From: Eledone cirrhosa
Taxonomy: Eukaryota
Direction of reading: 5' to 3'
Assembly (NCBI GenBank): GCA_964016885.1
Contig: OZ024744.1
Location: 112,034,001-112,098,000 of the forward strand
Length of the DNA: 64,000 bases
Positions 12,052 through 22,949 of the stretch are shown piece by piece. The stretch's first letter is position 1, and each line of letters starts with the position of its first letter. Under the pieces are notes generated by a model. The model was given only the letters and a program-made list of their open reading frames with translations, was not told where the DNA came from and made no database searches. The position numbers were made by a program, and so were the translations under genes.

Positions 12052-13097
12052 TTTAAAAAAAAATTAATAAACTAAAATAGATAGAAGCATGGCTGACTGG
12101 TTAAGGAGCTTACTTCACAACTTCGTGGTTTCAGATTCACTTCCAGTGTGCAGCATCCTGAGCATAGTCTTCTATGATAGCCTTGGATTCACCAATATCT
12201 TGTGGGTGGAATTTGATAGATGGAAACTGTAGAAGTCTGTGAGTGTATGTGTTTATTTATATATATATAAGTTCTCACCATAGAGGCTGGAGCCAGAGAG
12301 ACTGTGTAGGTAAATCTGCCTACAATCTCATGAAACAACTTTCAGTCTCTGGTTAGGGTTAGGGTCCTTGTCTCTGGGAAGACAAGGACCCTAACCCTAA
12401 AGGCAATATCAGAGGCGGCAGCGGAAAGGAGTTCCAGCTGGATATGGTGGAGGTGGAGGAGGGGGGGGGGGGGGGGCAAAACGACCTCCATACCATGTGA
12501 GAGGCATCAGGCTTTTATTTTAACGTACACTAAGGGAAGTAACTCAGAGTCGGTCACGGCTCATAGTATTGGCGATAGCATGTTGGCATCTCACCGTTAC
12601 CATGACTACCAACGTTATTTTCCAAACTCAAGAAAGCATTTAGATATGAGTTTGAAAGCAGAGGCCACGGAAAGTAGTTCCAGCTAGATCCGGTCAAGAA
12701 AATCTCCATACGGTTTAAATGCAGAACCAGTCTCCCATTTCCAAAAGACTAAATATTATCAGAAGGGCACTCAGAGGTCCAGCCCCCTTTAGAGTGGAAG
12801 AATTTAAGAGCTGAAACACTCACTTGGATTGTGGTGGCGGTGGTGGTGGTGGGGTGGGGGGTTCTTTGCTCCCCAACTCTCCTGAGTGTTTCTAACCACT
12901 AATACACTCTGGCATTGAAAGCAGGACCAGCCCCCCAAAGAGGACGTCACTGTGTGGTGCCAAAGGTCTCATCCATTGCATCAAGAATAAGGACCAAATA
13001 CTGCAATAGCCTGCGGTTCAAGTGACCCCCATCTTGCATAAAATATCTGAGAATCTGAGATATCTACATGGTGTGCATGTATATATATATATATTGC

Positions 13098-13161
13098 TAT
13101 TACGTGGACCAATCATAAAACAGCCCCCACGTATCACCAGTATTATTACGCGGACCAATCA
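13098..13161 (+). promoter_or_regulatory. Duplicated CCAAT module, candidate internal promoter of the RTE
   Basis: tattacg(t/c)ggaccaatca at 13098-13115 and 13144-13161, upstream of in-frame ATGs at 13226 and 13286. Confidence 0.4.
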
Positions 13162-13285
13162 GAAACCAGAGGCCTATACTATCGCTTGCCTGGTTGCCTT
13201 TCGATATACGATATATGATGGATGGATGGACTGCGAAATCCTGGAGAGTGGAGGTGAGAGAGAAAAATCTGGACGCTCAGCGACA

Positions 13286-16200
13286 ATGCCAAAGATAAAG
13301 ACAAATTCACCCCTTGGACGAGAATGCGAGCACTCCTCATTGTTTCGACCACGGACGGCTAACATAACACCATCGCCCCCCGCCCCTCACCGCCCCCAAC
13401 CCCCAAACGCAATCCAAAACTTCAGAGTTGGTACCATAAATGTAGGCACCCTAAAGGGTCGCGCTAACGAGGTTGTAGAAATGCTTGAACGTAAGGAGGT
13501 CGATGTTTGTTGTATTCAAGAGACCAGGTGGAGGGGTGGGTCTGCTAGGTTCATTGAGGGTAAAAAACGTTGTTATAAGCTTTTCTGGGTGGGAAACGAC
13601 GATGGGCTGGGTGGAGTAGGAATCATGGTAGCAGAAAAGTGGGCAGATAAGATAATAGACGTAAATAGAGTGAACGACAGAATAATTAAAATACGACTTG
13701 TCCTCAATAGAACTACGGTGACAGTAATATCTGCGTACGCACCCCAATCCGGACTGCCCGGCACTATAAAAGACAGATTCTATGAGACACTGATGCTAAC
13801 TACCTCCCAAATATCCGACAGTGACTATATAATTATCGCAGGCGACCTAAATGGTCACGTTGGACAACATTGTGACGGCTACGACGAAATCCATGGAGGC
13901 TATGGGTTTGGTACTAGAAATGAGGAAGGCTCCAGAATCCTGGAATTCTGTGATGCAAATAACCTAACTATCTGTAACACTAACTTCAAAAAACGTGACA
14001 ATCACCTGATCACCTATAGATCCGGGGAACACACAAGCCAGGTAGATTATATCCTTACCAGAAGACGTGACAGAGTGTCTGTTGTTAACACTAAATCCCT
14101 CCCCCATGAAGAATGCACCTCCCAACATAGACTGATAATTAGCGACCTCATAGTCAGGACGAGACGTACTCGACAACAGAAGAGGACTATCCTCAGGAGG
14201 AAAATATGGAAGTTAAAGGACCCCACAGCCAGGAATAAATTTCAAAGCATATTACTTGATGCTTTCGACAGTAAGGAAGAACATTTAGAGTCGGACAATA
14301 TAGAGGGAGAGTGGGAATTTCTGAAAGCAAACCTGCTGTTGGCGACAGACGAGGTCTGTGGCTGGAGCAGGCCTGTAGGCAGGAGGAGAGTAACATGGTG
14401 GTGGAACAGTAAGGTGGAGGGGTCAATTAAGGCCAAAAAGCAGGCTTGGAAAGTATGGCGGGATGGGGGAAGTAGAGAGGACTATCAAGTGGCCAGGAGG
14501 GAAGCTAGGAGACAAGTGTACTTAGCAAGAAGGGAAGCTGAGGAAAGAAAGTTCAAGCATGTTCTACAACGCGATGACCAAAAACGTGAGGTGTTCAGGA
14601 TTGCTAGGCAATGCGTCAAGGAAAACCGTGATATTGTCGGGGAGAAGTGTGTACTAAACGACGATGGCACACTTGCCATCACCGACGCTGATAAGAAGGT
14701 AGCTTGGAAGTGTCACTATGAAAGGCTTCTAAATGAGGAGAATAATTGGGAGAAAGGCAGTCTCCCCCATATCGACCCAATAGAGGGACCAGCAGTGTTA
14801 GTCGAGGGGAGTATAATAAGTAAGGCAATCAAGGATATGAAGACTGGTAAGGCGGCTGGGCCTTCGGAAATAGTTGCTGAGATGCTGAAGGCATCTGGCA
14901 CGGTGGGACACACCATGGTCACCCGCATAGTTAACCAAGTCGTACAAAACGGGGTTGTTCCGAAGGACTGGCATAGCAGCATCATCGTTAACTGTTATAA
15001 GGGTAAAGGAGACGCCCTAGATAGGAGTAACTATAGAGGCATTAAATTAATCGACCAGGTCATGAAGGTCACGGAAAGAGTAATAGCGCAGCTAATCAGA
15101 GAGAGAATTGACCTAGATGAAATGCAGTTCGGGTTTGTGTCAGGCAAAAGTACCACAGACGCTCTTTTCATAGTACGACAACTACAAGAGAAGTACCTAG
15201 CTAAAGGTAAACCCCTCTACTTAGCTTTTGTCGACTTGGAGAAAGCCTTCGACAGAGTCCCCCGCTCCATTATCTGGTGGGCTCTTAGAAAACTAGGCGT
15301 TGACGAATGGCTTGTGAGGGCTATACAAGCCATGTATAAAGAAACAGTCAGCAAGGTTAGAATTAACAACGAATATAGTGAAGAGTTTAGCGTAAAAGTC
15401 GGCGTCCATCAGGGCTCTGTTCTCAGTCCACTACTATTTATTATTGCCCTTCAGGCCATAACAGAGGAGTTCAAGACAGGCTGCCCATGGGAACTCCTAT
15501 ACGCAGACGACCTGACACTCATAGCGGAATCAATGGCCGAGCTAGAGAAGAAATTCCAAACATGGAAGCACGGCCTAGAGTCAAAAGGACTTAAAATTAA
15601 CCTGGCTAAGACCAAAGTACTAGTTTGTAGGAAAGAAAACAAGGCGGCGGTCCCTTCTGGGAAATGGTCGTGCTCGGTGTGTAGGAAAGGCGTAGGTAGA
15701 AACTCCATTTTATGTCCTAAATGCAAAGTATGGGTGCATAAAAGATGTAGTGGGATCACAGGTAGGCTAACTAAGAACATAGATTTTACATGTGGCCGGT
15801 GCTCTGGTGCAATAAGTAGCAGCAAGTGCCCACAAACTACTAGCTCTTTCAATTGCGCAGAGGGTTCTATAGAAATAGTGGACAGCTTCCGTTACCTGGG
15901 CGATAAAATCAGCAGTGGGGGAGGGTGCTCTGAAAGTACTGTAGCTAGAGTCAGAACTGGTTGGAAAAAGTTCAGAGAGCTTATACCACTATTAGCTGCT
16001 AAAGGGTTCTCACTAAAAATGAAAGGCAGGTTGTACGATGCCTGCATACGAACAGCAATGCTGCATGGCAGTGAGACCTGGGCATTGTGTGCAGAGGATA
16101 TACGCAGACTAGAGAGGAACGAAGCTTGCATGCTCCGCTGGATGTGTAACAGTAATATACGTGAACGGCAAAGCATAAACGAACTAAGGAATAAATTAGA

Positions 16201-16456
16201 GATAAGAGGGATCAGATGTTGTTTACTCGAGAGAAGGCTACGTTGGTATGGACACGTGATGCGCATGAAAGTCGATAGCTGTATAACAAAGTGCAGGGCA
16301 ATAAAGATAGACGGTAGTCACGGAATAGGCAGACCTAGAAAAACCTGGGACGAGCTGATAAACTCCGACATCACACACTTACACCTCTCCAAGACAATGT
16401 CACTGGACCGAGACCTTTGGCGGTACTCAGTAACAGAGAAGACCCGCCTTACCTAA
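13286..16456 (+). CDS. RTE LINE polyprotein: APE endonuclease, reverse transcriptase and PHD-type zinc finger (~1056 aa; alternative ATG 13226)
   Basis: APE motifs GTINVGTL, IQETRW, SAYAPQ, GDLNGHVG, QVDYIL, SQH; RT motifs NYRGIKL, QFGF, DLEKAFD, QGSVLSP, YADD; C4HC3 finger at 15665-15802; no stops. Confidence 0.96.
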   Translation: MPKIKTNSPLGRECEHSSLFRPRTANITPSPPAPHRPQPPNAIQNFRVGTINVGTLKGRANEVVEMLERKEVDVCCIQETRWRGGSARFIEGKKRCYKLFWVGNDDGLGGVGIMVAEKWADKIIDVNRVNDRIIKIRLVLNRTTVTVISAYAPQSGLPGTIKDRFYETLMLTTSQISDSDYIIIAGDLNGHVGQHCDGYDEIHGGYGFGTRNEEGSRILEFCDANNLTICNTNFKKRDNHLITYRSGEHTSQVDYILTRRRDRVSVVNTKSLPHEECTSQHRLIISDLIVRTRRTRQQKRTILRRKIWKLKDPTARNKFQSILLDAFDSKEEHLESDNIEGEWEFLKANLLLATDEVCGWSRPVGRRRVTWWWNSKVEGSIKAKKQAWKVWRDGGSREDYQVARREARRQVYLARREAEERKFKHVLQRDDQKREVFRIARQCVKENRDIVGEKCVLNDDGTLAITDADKKVAWKCHYERLLNEENNWEKGSLPHIDPIEGPAVLVEGSIISKAIKDMKTGKAAGPSEIVAEMLKASGTVGHTMVTRIVNQVVQNGVVPKDWHSSIIVNCYKGKGDALDRSNYRGIKLIDQVMKVTERVIAQLIRERIDLDEMQFGFVSGKSTTDALFIVRQLQEKYLAKGKPLYLAFVDLEKAFDRVPRSIIWWALRKLGVDEWLVRAIQAMYKETVSKVRINNEYSEEFSVKVGVHQGSVLSPLLFIIALQAITEEFKTGCPWELLYADDLTLIAESMAELEKKFQTWKHGLESKGLKINLAKTKVLVCRKENKAAVPSGKWSCSVCRKGVGRNSILCPKCKVWVHKRCSGITGRLTKNIDFTCGRCSGAISSSKCPQTTSSFNCAEGSIEIVDSFRYLGDKISSGGGCSESTVARVRTGWKKFRELIPLLAAKGFSLKMKGRLYDACIRTAMLHGSETWALCAEDIRRLERNEACMLRWMCNSNIRERQSINELRNKLEIRGIRCCLLERRLRWYGHVMRMKVDSCITKCRAIKIDGSHGIGRPRKTWDELINSDITHLHLSKTMSLDRDLWRYSVTEKTRLT

Positions 16457-16847
16457 ATATATAGTAAAACCTACTCCAGCCAGTAGGCATCTCTAACAAA
16501 TACACCCCGTCCCACCACCCCCACCCGATCCACACCACCCCGTTCTATGTAAAGTTATGTTGGTGCCGCGCCATCGAGGCCGAAACAAATGAGATCGTGT
16601 AGGTGTCACGACAAAAAAACACACAGTCCACGCTGTAATGTGGCCGTGTAGGCAACACGGTAAAAACCTCCCAGACCCACACTGTAAATGTGGTTGGTGT
16701 TAGGAAGGGCATCCAACTGTAGAAAACCTGCCAGACAGTCCTATGCGAGCAAGACAATCACTCTTGCCTCAAGTGGGACTACCCCCGTCCAAACCCATGC
16801 AAGCGTGGAACACGGACGTTAAACGCTGATGATGATGATGATGATGA

Positions 16848-16884
<37 letters not shown>

Positions 16885-16889
<5 letters not shown>

Positions 16890-17112
16890 TTATCATCAGG
16901 GTCATTGTGGCTTTTTACTGGGCTTTCTCCACAAATGTCCCTCCGAAGTTTGCCCCCTATTGGGGAATTTTTCATTGTTATTTTTTGTTACATCCTCTGT
17001 TTTTGTTTTTTACACGCAGAAATGCCCATTTGTACCGTCCTGCATTGTCCTGCACTGTCCTTAATGTCTACTTTATGTAAACCCTTGTGGTTAATAAAGA
17101 AATCATTATCAT
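16885..17112 (+). mobile_element. Probable 3' end of another non-LTR retroelement
   Basis: T-rich UTR-like segment ending AATAAAGAAATCATTATCATCATCA; family not identified. Confidence 0.35.
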
Positions 17113-17545
17113 CATCACTGTTTTACGTCCGTTCTTCCACATAGCATGGGTTAGACGGGTTGTCCTGTTGTGGGCAGTGTCGAGTCGGCTGACCTTGTTT
17201 TGCTCATACGGGAACTGATTCTGGCTTGATTTCTACAGCTGGATGCCCTTCCTAACACCTACCTCATTTACAGTGAGTGCTGGGTGCTTTTTTTTCCGTG
17301 GCGCCTACACGTCCACTTTACAGTGTGGGCTGGGTGCTTTTTTGCCGTGGCACCTCCACGACCACTTTGGAGTGGGAGGGGGTGGGGGTATATTGTCAAT
17401 ATGCTTCAGCTTCGGCTTGTACCTGTGGGGGGAGGGGTGTCGGGTCTTCTGTATTTCTGCATGACGCCAGAGGTCACTGTCGTGAGTCATCGCCTTTGAG
17501 AGGTGTAATTGGGTAAGGTCGGCTTTTATCACCTCATCCCAGGTC
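17113..17545 (-). mobile_element. RTE subfamily B 3' end
   Basis: Minus strand TWDEVIKADLTQLHLSKAMTHDSDLWRHA plus 3'UTR like 5565-5850. Confidence 0.9.
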
Positions 17546-17569
17546 TATATATATATATATTAAGAAACT

Positions 17570-18575
17570 TAGATTGTCAAAAAATATGTTTGTCTTCTCT
17601 GACAAAACAAAGAACCTATATGAAGTAGATAGTTATGAACAATATAACAAATAATTACCAGAAAGCTAAACCTAACACAATTCTATTAACAACAAAGCCA
17701 AAAAACTAGCTAGAAATTTTAAAATTGACAATAAAAGATTAGCTAAGTGTGATACTTTTATTATGTTGAGGGATCACAAACCTGATTTTATAAACAGGCC
17801 AACCTGCAGGCTCATAAAACTAGCTAGAATAGAATTAGGCCTAGCTAATAAGAAGGTTTTAGGGGAAATTGATACATGAAACATCAACAACATGAATCTG
17901 TTACTATCAAACAAGATGACATCTGTTATAACCTGGTTCAAAGATAGGATATCTAAAATAAAGGTTAAATTCACCCAGTTCAATATAACCTAGTTTTACT
18001 CTATTACTAAACCACTCTTAGACAAGTCCTTGAACTTTGCCTATACCTTTGGATCTATCAATGACCAAGAGTTAGAACTAATCTACCACATCATTTAACA
18101 ATGATACAGCTTCAGTAAAAACAATTGGACCCAGAAGATTCATTGAACATCTCAATGAGATCCTATGACTACGCTGATGTATGTAATCTTGGATTGTTCA
18201 TACTTCAAATGCTTAAACATAAATTCCCCAACCATACTATATCATGACAATGATCTTTCTTTAGTACTTAATTGCAATGAACACACTCTAGACAGATTCT
18301 GTAAGGATTTAATAAACATCTTTAGCACCCTAGGGTTAGGGTTAAGATCACAGTAGATATGAGCCTTACTAGCGCAGACTTTCTTGATATCAACCTGGGC
18401 CTATTGACATGTGCACATAACCCCTTCCGTAAGCTAAATGAAAGAATAAAATATATTCCACCCTCCTAAAGTGTTTAATAATCTAGTGCGTAATATTAGC
18501 CATAGAAGCTCAAACTTATCCTCTAATAGAGAGATATTTGAGAAGGCGGCACCATACTACGACAAGGCTCTTGCT
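17570..18575 (+). pseudogene. Decayed Penelope-like element reverse transcriptase
   Basis: Frameshifted remnants KNMFVFSDKTKNLYEVD, DHKPDFINRPTCRLI, MRSYDYADVC (for MGSYDGAEVC), LYHDNDL (for LYRDDGL), DFLDINL, EIFEKAAPYYDKAL. Confidence 0.8.
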
Positions 18576-18577
18576 CA

Positions 18578-19105
18578 CCATCTATGAGATCCAACATGAT
18601 ATCTTGCCCTCCATCTATGAGATCCAACATGATATCTTGCCACCATCTATGAGATCCAACATGATATCTTGCCACCATCTAAGAGATCCAACATGATATC
18701 TTGCCACCATCTAAGAGATCCAACATGATATCTTGCCACCATCTATGAGATCCAACATGATATCTTGCCACCATCTATGAGATCCAACATGATATCTTGC
18801 CACCAACTATGAGATCCAACATGATATCTTGCCTCCATCTATGAGATCCAACATGATATCTTGCCACCATCTATGAGATCCAACATGATATCTTGCCACC
18901 AACTATGAGATCCAACATGATATCTTGCCACCATCTAAGAGATCCAACATGATATCTTGCCACCATCTATGAGATCCAACATGATATCTTGCCACCATCT
19001 AAGAGATCCAACATGATATCTTGCCACCATCTATGAGATCCAACATGATATCTTGCCACCATCTATGAGATCCAACATGATATCTTGCCACCATCAATGA
19101 GATGA
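18578..19105. repeat. 32-bp minisatellite (~16 copies)
   Basis: Unit ccatctatgagatccaacatgatatcttgcca. Confidence 0.96.
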
Positions 19106-19159
19106 CCACAATGAACAATTCATATAACTTTTTATGATATGTGAACTTTATCTGTAATA

Positions 19160-19352
19160 ATAATTGTTTTTACTTTTGGCACAAGGACAGCAACTGTTCC
19201 AGTGTATTACTGGTACTTTATTTTATCGACCCCGTAAGGATGAAAGGCAAAGTTAACTTCGGCGGGATTTGAACACAGACCATAAAGGGGCGTAACTCTA
19301 TGCTGGGAAGCATGGCATCAGACCCTCTACCAATACTCCCAATTCACTGCCC
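19160..19352 (-). mobile_element. SINE family 2
   Basis: Matches 11861-12051; TSD ttatctgtaata at 19148-19159 and 19353-19364. Confidence 0.88.
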
Positions 19353-19697
19353 TTATCTGTAATATTCTGGGTTCTTCTAGGCTTCATAAAAAAATCTTAC
19401 AACTTAATTTACGCACATATTATCCATCTGCATCTATTTCTACTTACACAGTCCCCTTGTTGTACATATAGTTGTATAGAATTATACTTTTTCTGAGTTT
19501 TGGGAGTTATCCTGCTTTGTGGAACTCTTTACGAAATATGAACATTACTTGTGAAGTAATGTTTTTTCTTTTTTGAATTTGACCTTGTTCATGACAGATG
19601 AGGCTGTTTTAGAACTGCTATTCCACTATACAGTGGTGGCCAAAACTTGACCCCAAATCTAAGGTCACTCATACATGTTAGGTGTATAAATTATATA

Positions 19698-20037
19698 CAT
19701 CATCATCATCATTTTACGTCCGCTTTTTCCCTGTTTGCAAGGGTGGGACGGGAACTGATTCTGGCTTCATTTCTACAGCTGGATGCCCTTCCTAACACCA
19801 ACCTCATTTACAGTGAGTGCTGGGTGCTTTTTTGCCGTGGCACCTCCACGACCACTTTACAGTGGAATGATATGGACCCCAGTCCCTATCATCTCATTTC
19901 TACAGCTGAGTAAACTGGAGCAATGTGAAATAAAGTGTCTTGCTCAAGGAAACAACACATCACCAGGTCTGAGAATTGAACTCACAACCTTTCAATTGCA
20001 AGGCCAATGCTCTAACCCCTAAGCCATGTGGCTCCAC
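19698..20037 (-). mobile_element. tRNA-headed SINE family 1 with RTE-derived tail
   Basis: Reverse complement of 61149-61488. Confidence 0.9.
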
Positions 20038-20085
20038 CTATATATATATATATATACACACATATATATATATACACACACATAT

Positions 20086-20139
<54 letters not shown>

Positions 20140-20322
20140 TTAAGAGACCCAGAGGTGGACCCTGAGCAAGATGGTTGGATAACATCAATGAGCTTGGCTG
20201 GTTATGGTTGGGGATCCAGCTGAATCAGTTGGAGATGGTTGCTTCTGACAGGACCCGCTGTAGGGAGTGTTTGAGGACTCTGCCCCCACGGTCCTCTCAG
20301 GAATAAGTGAGCAAAGAAGAAG
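20140..20322 (+). mobile_element. 3' end of an Expander/Rex3-like RTE LINE
   Basis: KRPRGGP*ARWLDNINELGWLWLGIQLNQLEMVASDRTRCRECLRTLPPRSSQE*, followed by a short (AAG)n tail. Confidence 0.7.
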
Positions 20323-20390
20323 ATATGTATATATATCTATATAATATTAACAATATTAATAAATGGAAAATATCTTTACAAAACCATATT

Positions 20391-20451
20391 TATTTGATTA
20401 TACGTATTTCAAGGGTACTAACATTTTAGTACGTTTTCGTCAGATAAAATA
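20391..20451 (-). ncRNA. Minimal type I hammerhead ribozyme (pLTR remnant)
   Basis: tattttat-CTGACGA-aaac gtactaa aatg ttagtac cctt-GAAA-tacgta-TA-atcaaata; stem III ATACGTAT is a perfect palindrome. Confidence 0.75.
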
Positions 20452-20455
20452 TAAT

Positions 20456-20628
20456 TGTTTCTACTTTTTGGCACAAGGCCAGCAATTACTGGAACTTTAT
20501 TTTATCGACCCTGTAAGGATGAAAAGCAAAGTCAACCTCGGCGGGATTTGAACTCAGATCGTAAAGGGACGTAACTATGCTGGAAAGCATGGTGTCCGAC
20601 CCTCTACCGATACTGCCAATCCACCGCC
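20456..20628 (-). mobile_element. SINE family 2 inserted in the pLTR
   Basis: TSD gtcagataaaatataat on both sides. Confidence 0.88.
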
Positions 20629-21039
20629 GTCAGATAAAATATAATATTTGGTGTTAAGATAGTGACATACCTTTGTCTGATCTTAATAGTATAAGCCCAC
20701 TATATCTATCTATATATATATATGAAAAAAATATTGTTTTTTACGATATATATACACACACACATACATATACATAGAGAGATAGAGATAGGTAAAATCC
20801 AAATATATATATATATAAGAATAAATGTCATTGCTTGTGTATAGAATAATCTATACTATAAAGCTGATGGCCATATGTAAGTAACAAACTTCCCACCAAG
20901 CGGCTGGACCTAATGGCACCAAATTTGCACCATAGAGGTAACTTTTTCCAAGTAAGAAAGTGAGGGTATTTTTGTCTACTGGATTTTGTTAAAAGATTTA
21001 AGATATTATTTAAATATTCACTTCTTTAAAATTTTCAAA

Positions 21040-21235
21040 TGTTATAACTTCCGGTTATACAGCATTCCTAATGTCTTCTCGAACCAAAGTATCTTCTTCC
21101 TCTTTTCTTTCGGTTGTAACGTTTTTCGAAATATTTACTTCTGCATTCACAGATTGATTTTTTTTAGTTTCAGAAGATCCCGTTAAGGGTGAAAGCAGCG
21201 ATTCTTTGCTTAAACTTTAATCTGTTATTTTAATA
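21040..21235 (+). mobile_element. pLTR-like element (4234 family) nested in the Helitron
   Basis: Shares gtttcagaagatcccgttaagggtgaaagcagcgattctttgcttaaactttaatctgttatttt; ends in (TA)n. Confidence 0.8.
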
Positions 21236-21486
21236 TATATATATATATATATAATTATATATTCGTGTACAGATCATCATCATCATCATCATCGTTTAAC
21301 GTCCATCTTCCACGTTAGCATGGGTTTTTTTGCATACACAAAAACAAAATATAAACAAACGTATTTATTTCACGAAAGCACAGACGATTTACCCTCATTG
21401 CTACTGCCAATATGCCACCCAAAAAGTCCTAGCCTGACTGCAAGATCAGATTTTCCAGAAGAAAAAATGTTACTAGAGCAACAGAG

Positions 21487-21676
21487 AGACTAAGCTTCAC
21501 GATTACCATCAACAAAGCTCAGGGTCAAACCCTAAAAGTGGCTGGCCTTCATCTGGGAAAACCATGGTCAATTGTATGTAGGATGCTCTAGGGTGAGCTT
21601 GCCAAACAATCACTTCATCTTTGCTCCCAAGGGCCGAACAAAAAATATTGTATATTCTGAGGCTCTAACAATGTAA
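21487..21676 (+). pseudogene. Helitron PIF1-like helicase C-terminal remnant
   Basis: RLSFTITINKAQGQTLKVAGLHLGKP, frameshift, HGQLYVGCSRV...GRTKNIVYSEAL. Confidence 0.88.
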
Positions 21677-22514
21677 TTTATGTATTTTCTGTTACTTGGA
21701 ATTTCCATTATGGCTGTACAAATTATTGTAAAGTTTGTTAAAAAATTTGTTCTCTGTTCAACCTTTATTGTTGTAACTATCAATTTTCTTTAATGTACTG
21801 GCTGAGAAAAGAAACCTACAATGAAAGAACATCTTAAAGTTTACCCAAGACAAATGTTGTATTTATTAATATTTCTATCTGCAGGTTCTTAGCAAGCTTA
21901 CTGGCGCTTTAGTATGGTATTTAATTGGTAGGTCCTTTGCGTATCACACGAAAAAAAAAACGAAAAGTGAAAATAAAAAAGTATGTACAGGATTGGGATA
22001 AGAGTATATCCAGGAAAGTTTATTGATACTAATTTTATAACACCAAAGAAAAAGAAAGATATACCACGTATGCTAACCAACCTGACTGCTATTTCTAGCA
22101 GGTTGGGAATCAACCATAAGGAATTCTCTCTGTGAGTTTGTTGTCTCCGATTCCAACGGTGGTTTACACACACACACGCACAGGCACACACACATACAGA
22201 CATATATATACACACACACACATATATATATACACACACATATATATATACACAAACACACACAAACATACACACACACACACTGTACACAAGACAATGC
22301 ATTCGATACAGACATTTTCTCTTCTGCCGGTCTTCTCTTATCATTTGTTAACCTTGGCGAAGCTGGGTACCTCAGCTAGTGTTTTAATAAAGTTAAGTCC
22401 CAGAAGAAATAATAAAACGCTGTTTATCACTTGGGTGAAAATTATGATATTAAACATTTGAATCGAGTACTTTTGTCTTTCACGAGATTTATCATGATAT
22501 ATAATTAGTTCTTA

Positions 22515-22870
22515 TCATCATCATCATCATCATCATCATCATTTCATTTTACGTCCACTTTTCCCTGCTTGCAAGGGTGGGACGGGAACTGATTCTGGCT
22601 TGATTTCTACAGTTGGATGCCCTTCCTAACACCAACCTCATTTACAGTGAGTGCTGGGTGCTCTTTTGCCGTGGCACCTACACGACCACTTTGCAGTGGA
22701 ATGATATGGACCCCAGTCCCTATCATCTCATTTCTACAGCTGAGTAAACTGGAGCAATGTGAAATAAAGTGTCTTGCTCAAGGAAACAACACATCACCCG
22801 GTCTGAGAATTGAACTCACAACCTTTCGATTGCAAGGCCAATGCTCTAACCACTAAGCCATGTGCCTCCA
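22515..22870 (-). mobile_element. SINE family 1
   Basis: Reverse complement of 61149-61488, with (CAT)n tail. Confidence 0.9.
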
Positions 22871-22949
22871 TCCTTCACAAGCCACTCATCTACTTCTTAT
22901 GAAAGGGTAAATCCTTTTAATAATAAGTAATTATATATATATATATATA

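Larger units (their letters stand above)
13095..16850 (+). mobile_element. Apparently full-length RTE-clade LINE (subfamily A)
   Basis: Short 5'UTR, single APE+RT ORF, 3'UTR with internal repeats, (GAT)n tail; both ends abut (TA)n. Confidence 0.93.
20850..22379 (+). mobile_element. Non-autonomous Helitron with nested insertions
   Basis: A|TCTATACTATAAAG 5' end; 3' hairpin ccttggcgaagctggg then CTAG|T; helicase remnant at 21487-21676. Confidence 0.75.

Noticed and set aside
13022-13225. N-terminal extension of the 1144-aa ORF
   Set aside because: Starts at GTG outside the element and crosses a (TA)n tract; the real start is probably ATG 13226 or 13286
6225-16850. Segmental duplication or LTR pair explaining the two RTE-A copies
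   Set aside because: Homology is confined to the element, the flanks differ, and scattered substitutions indicate separate insertions
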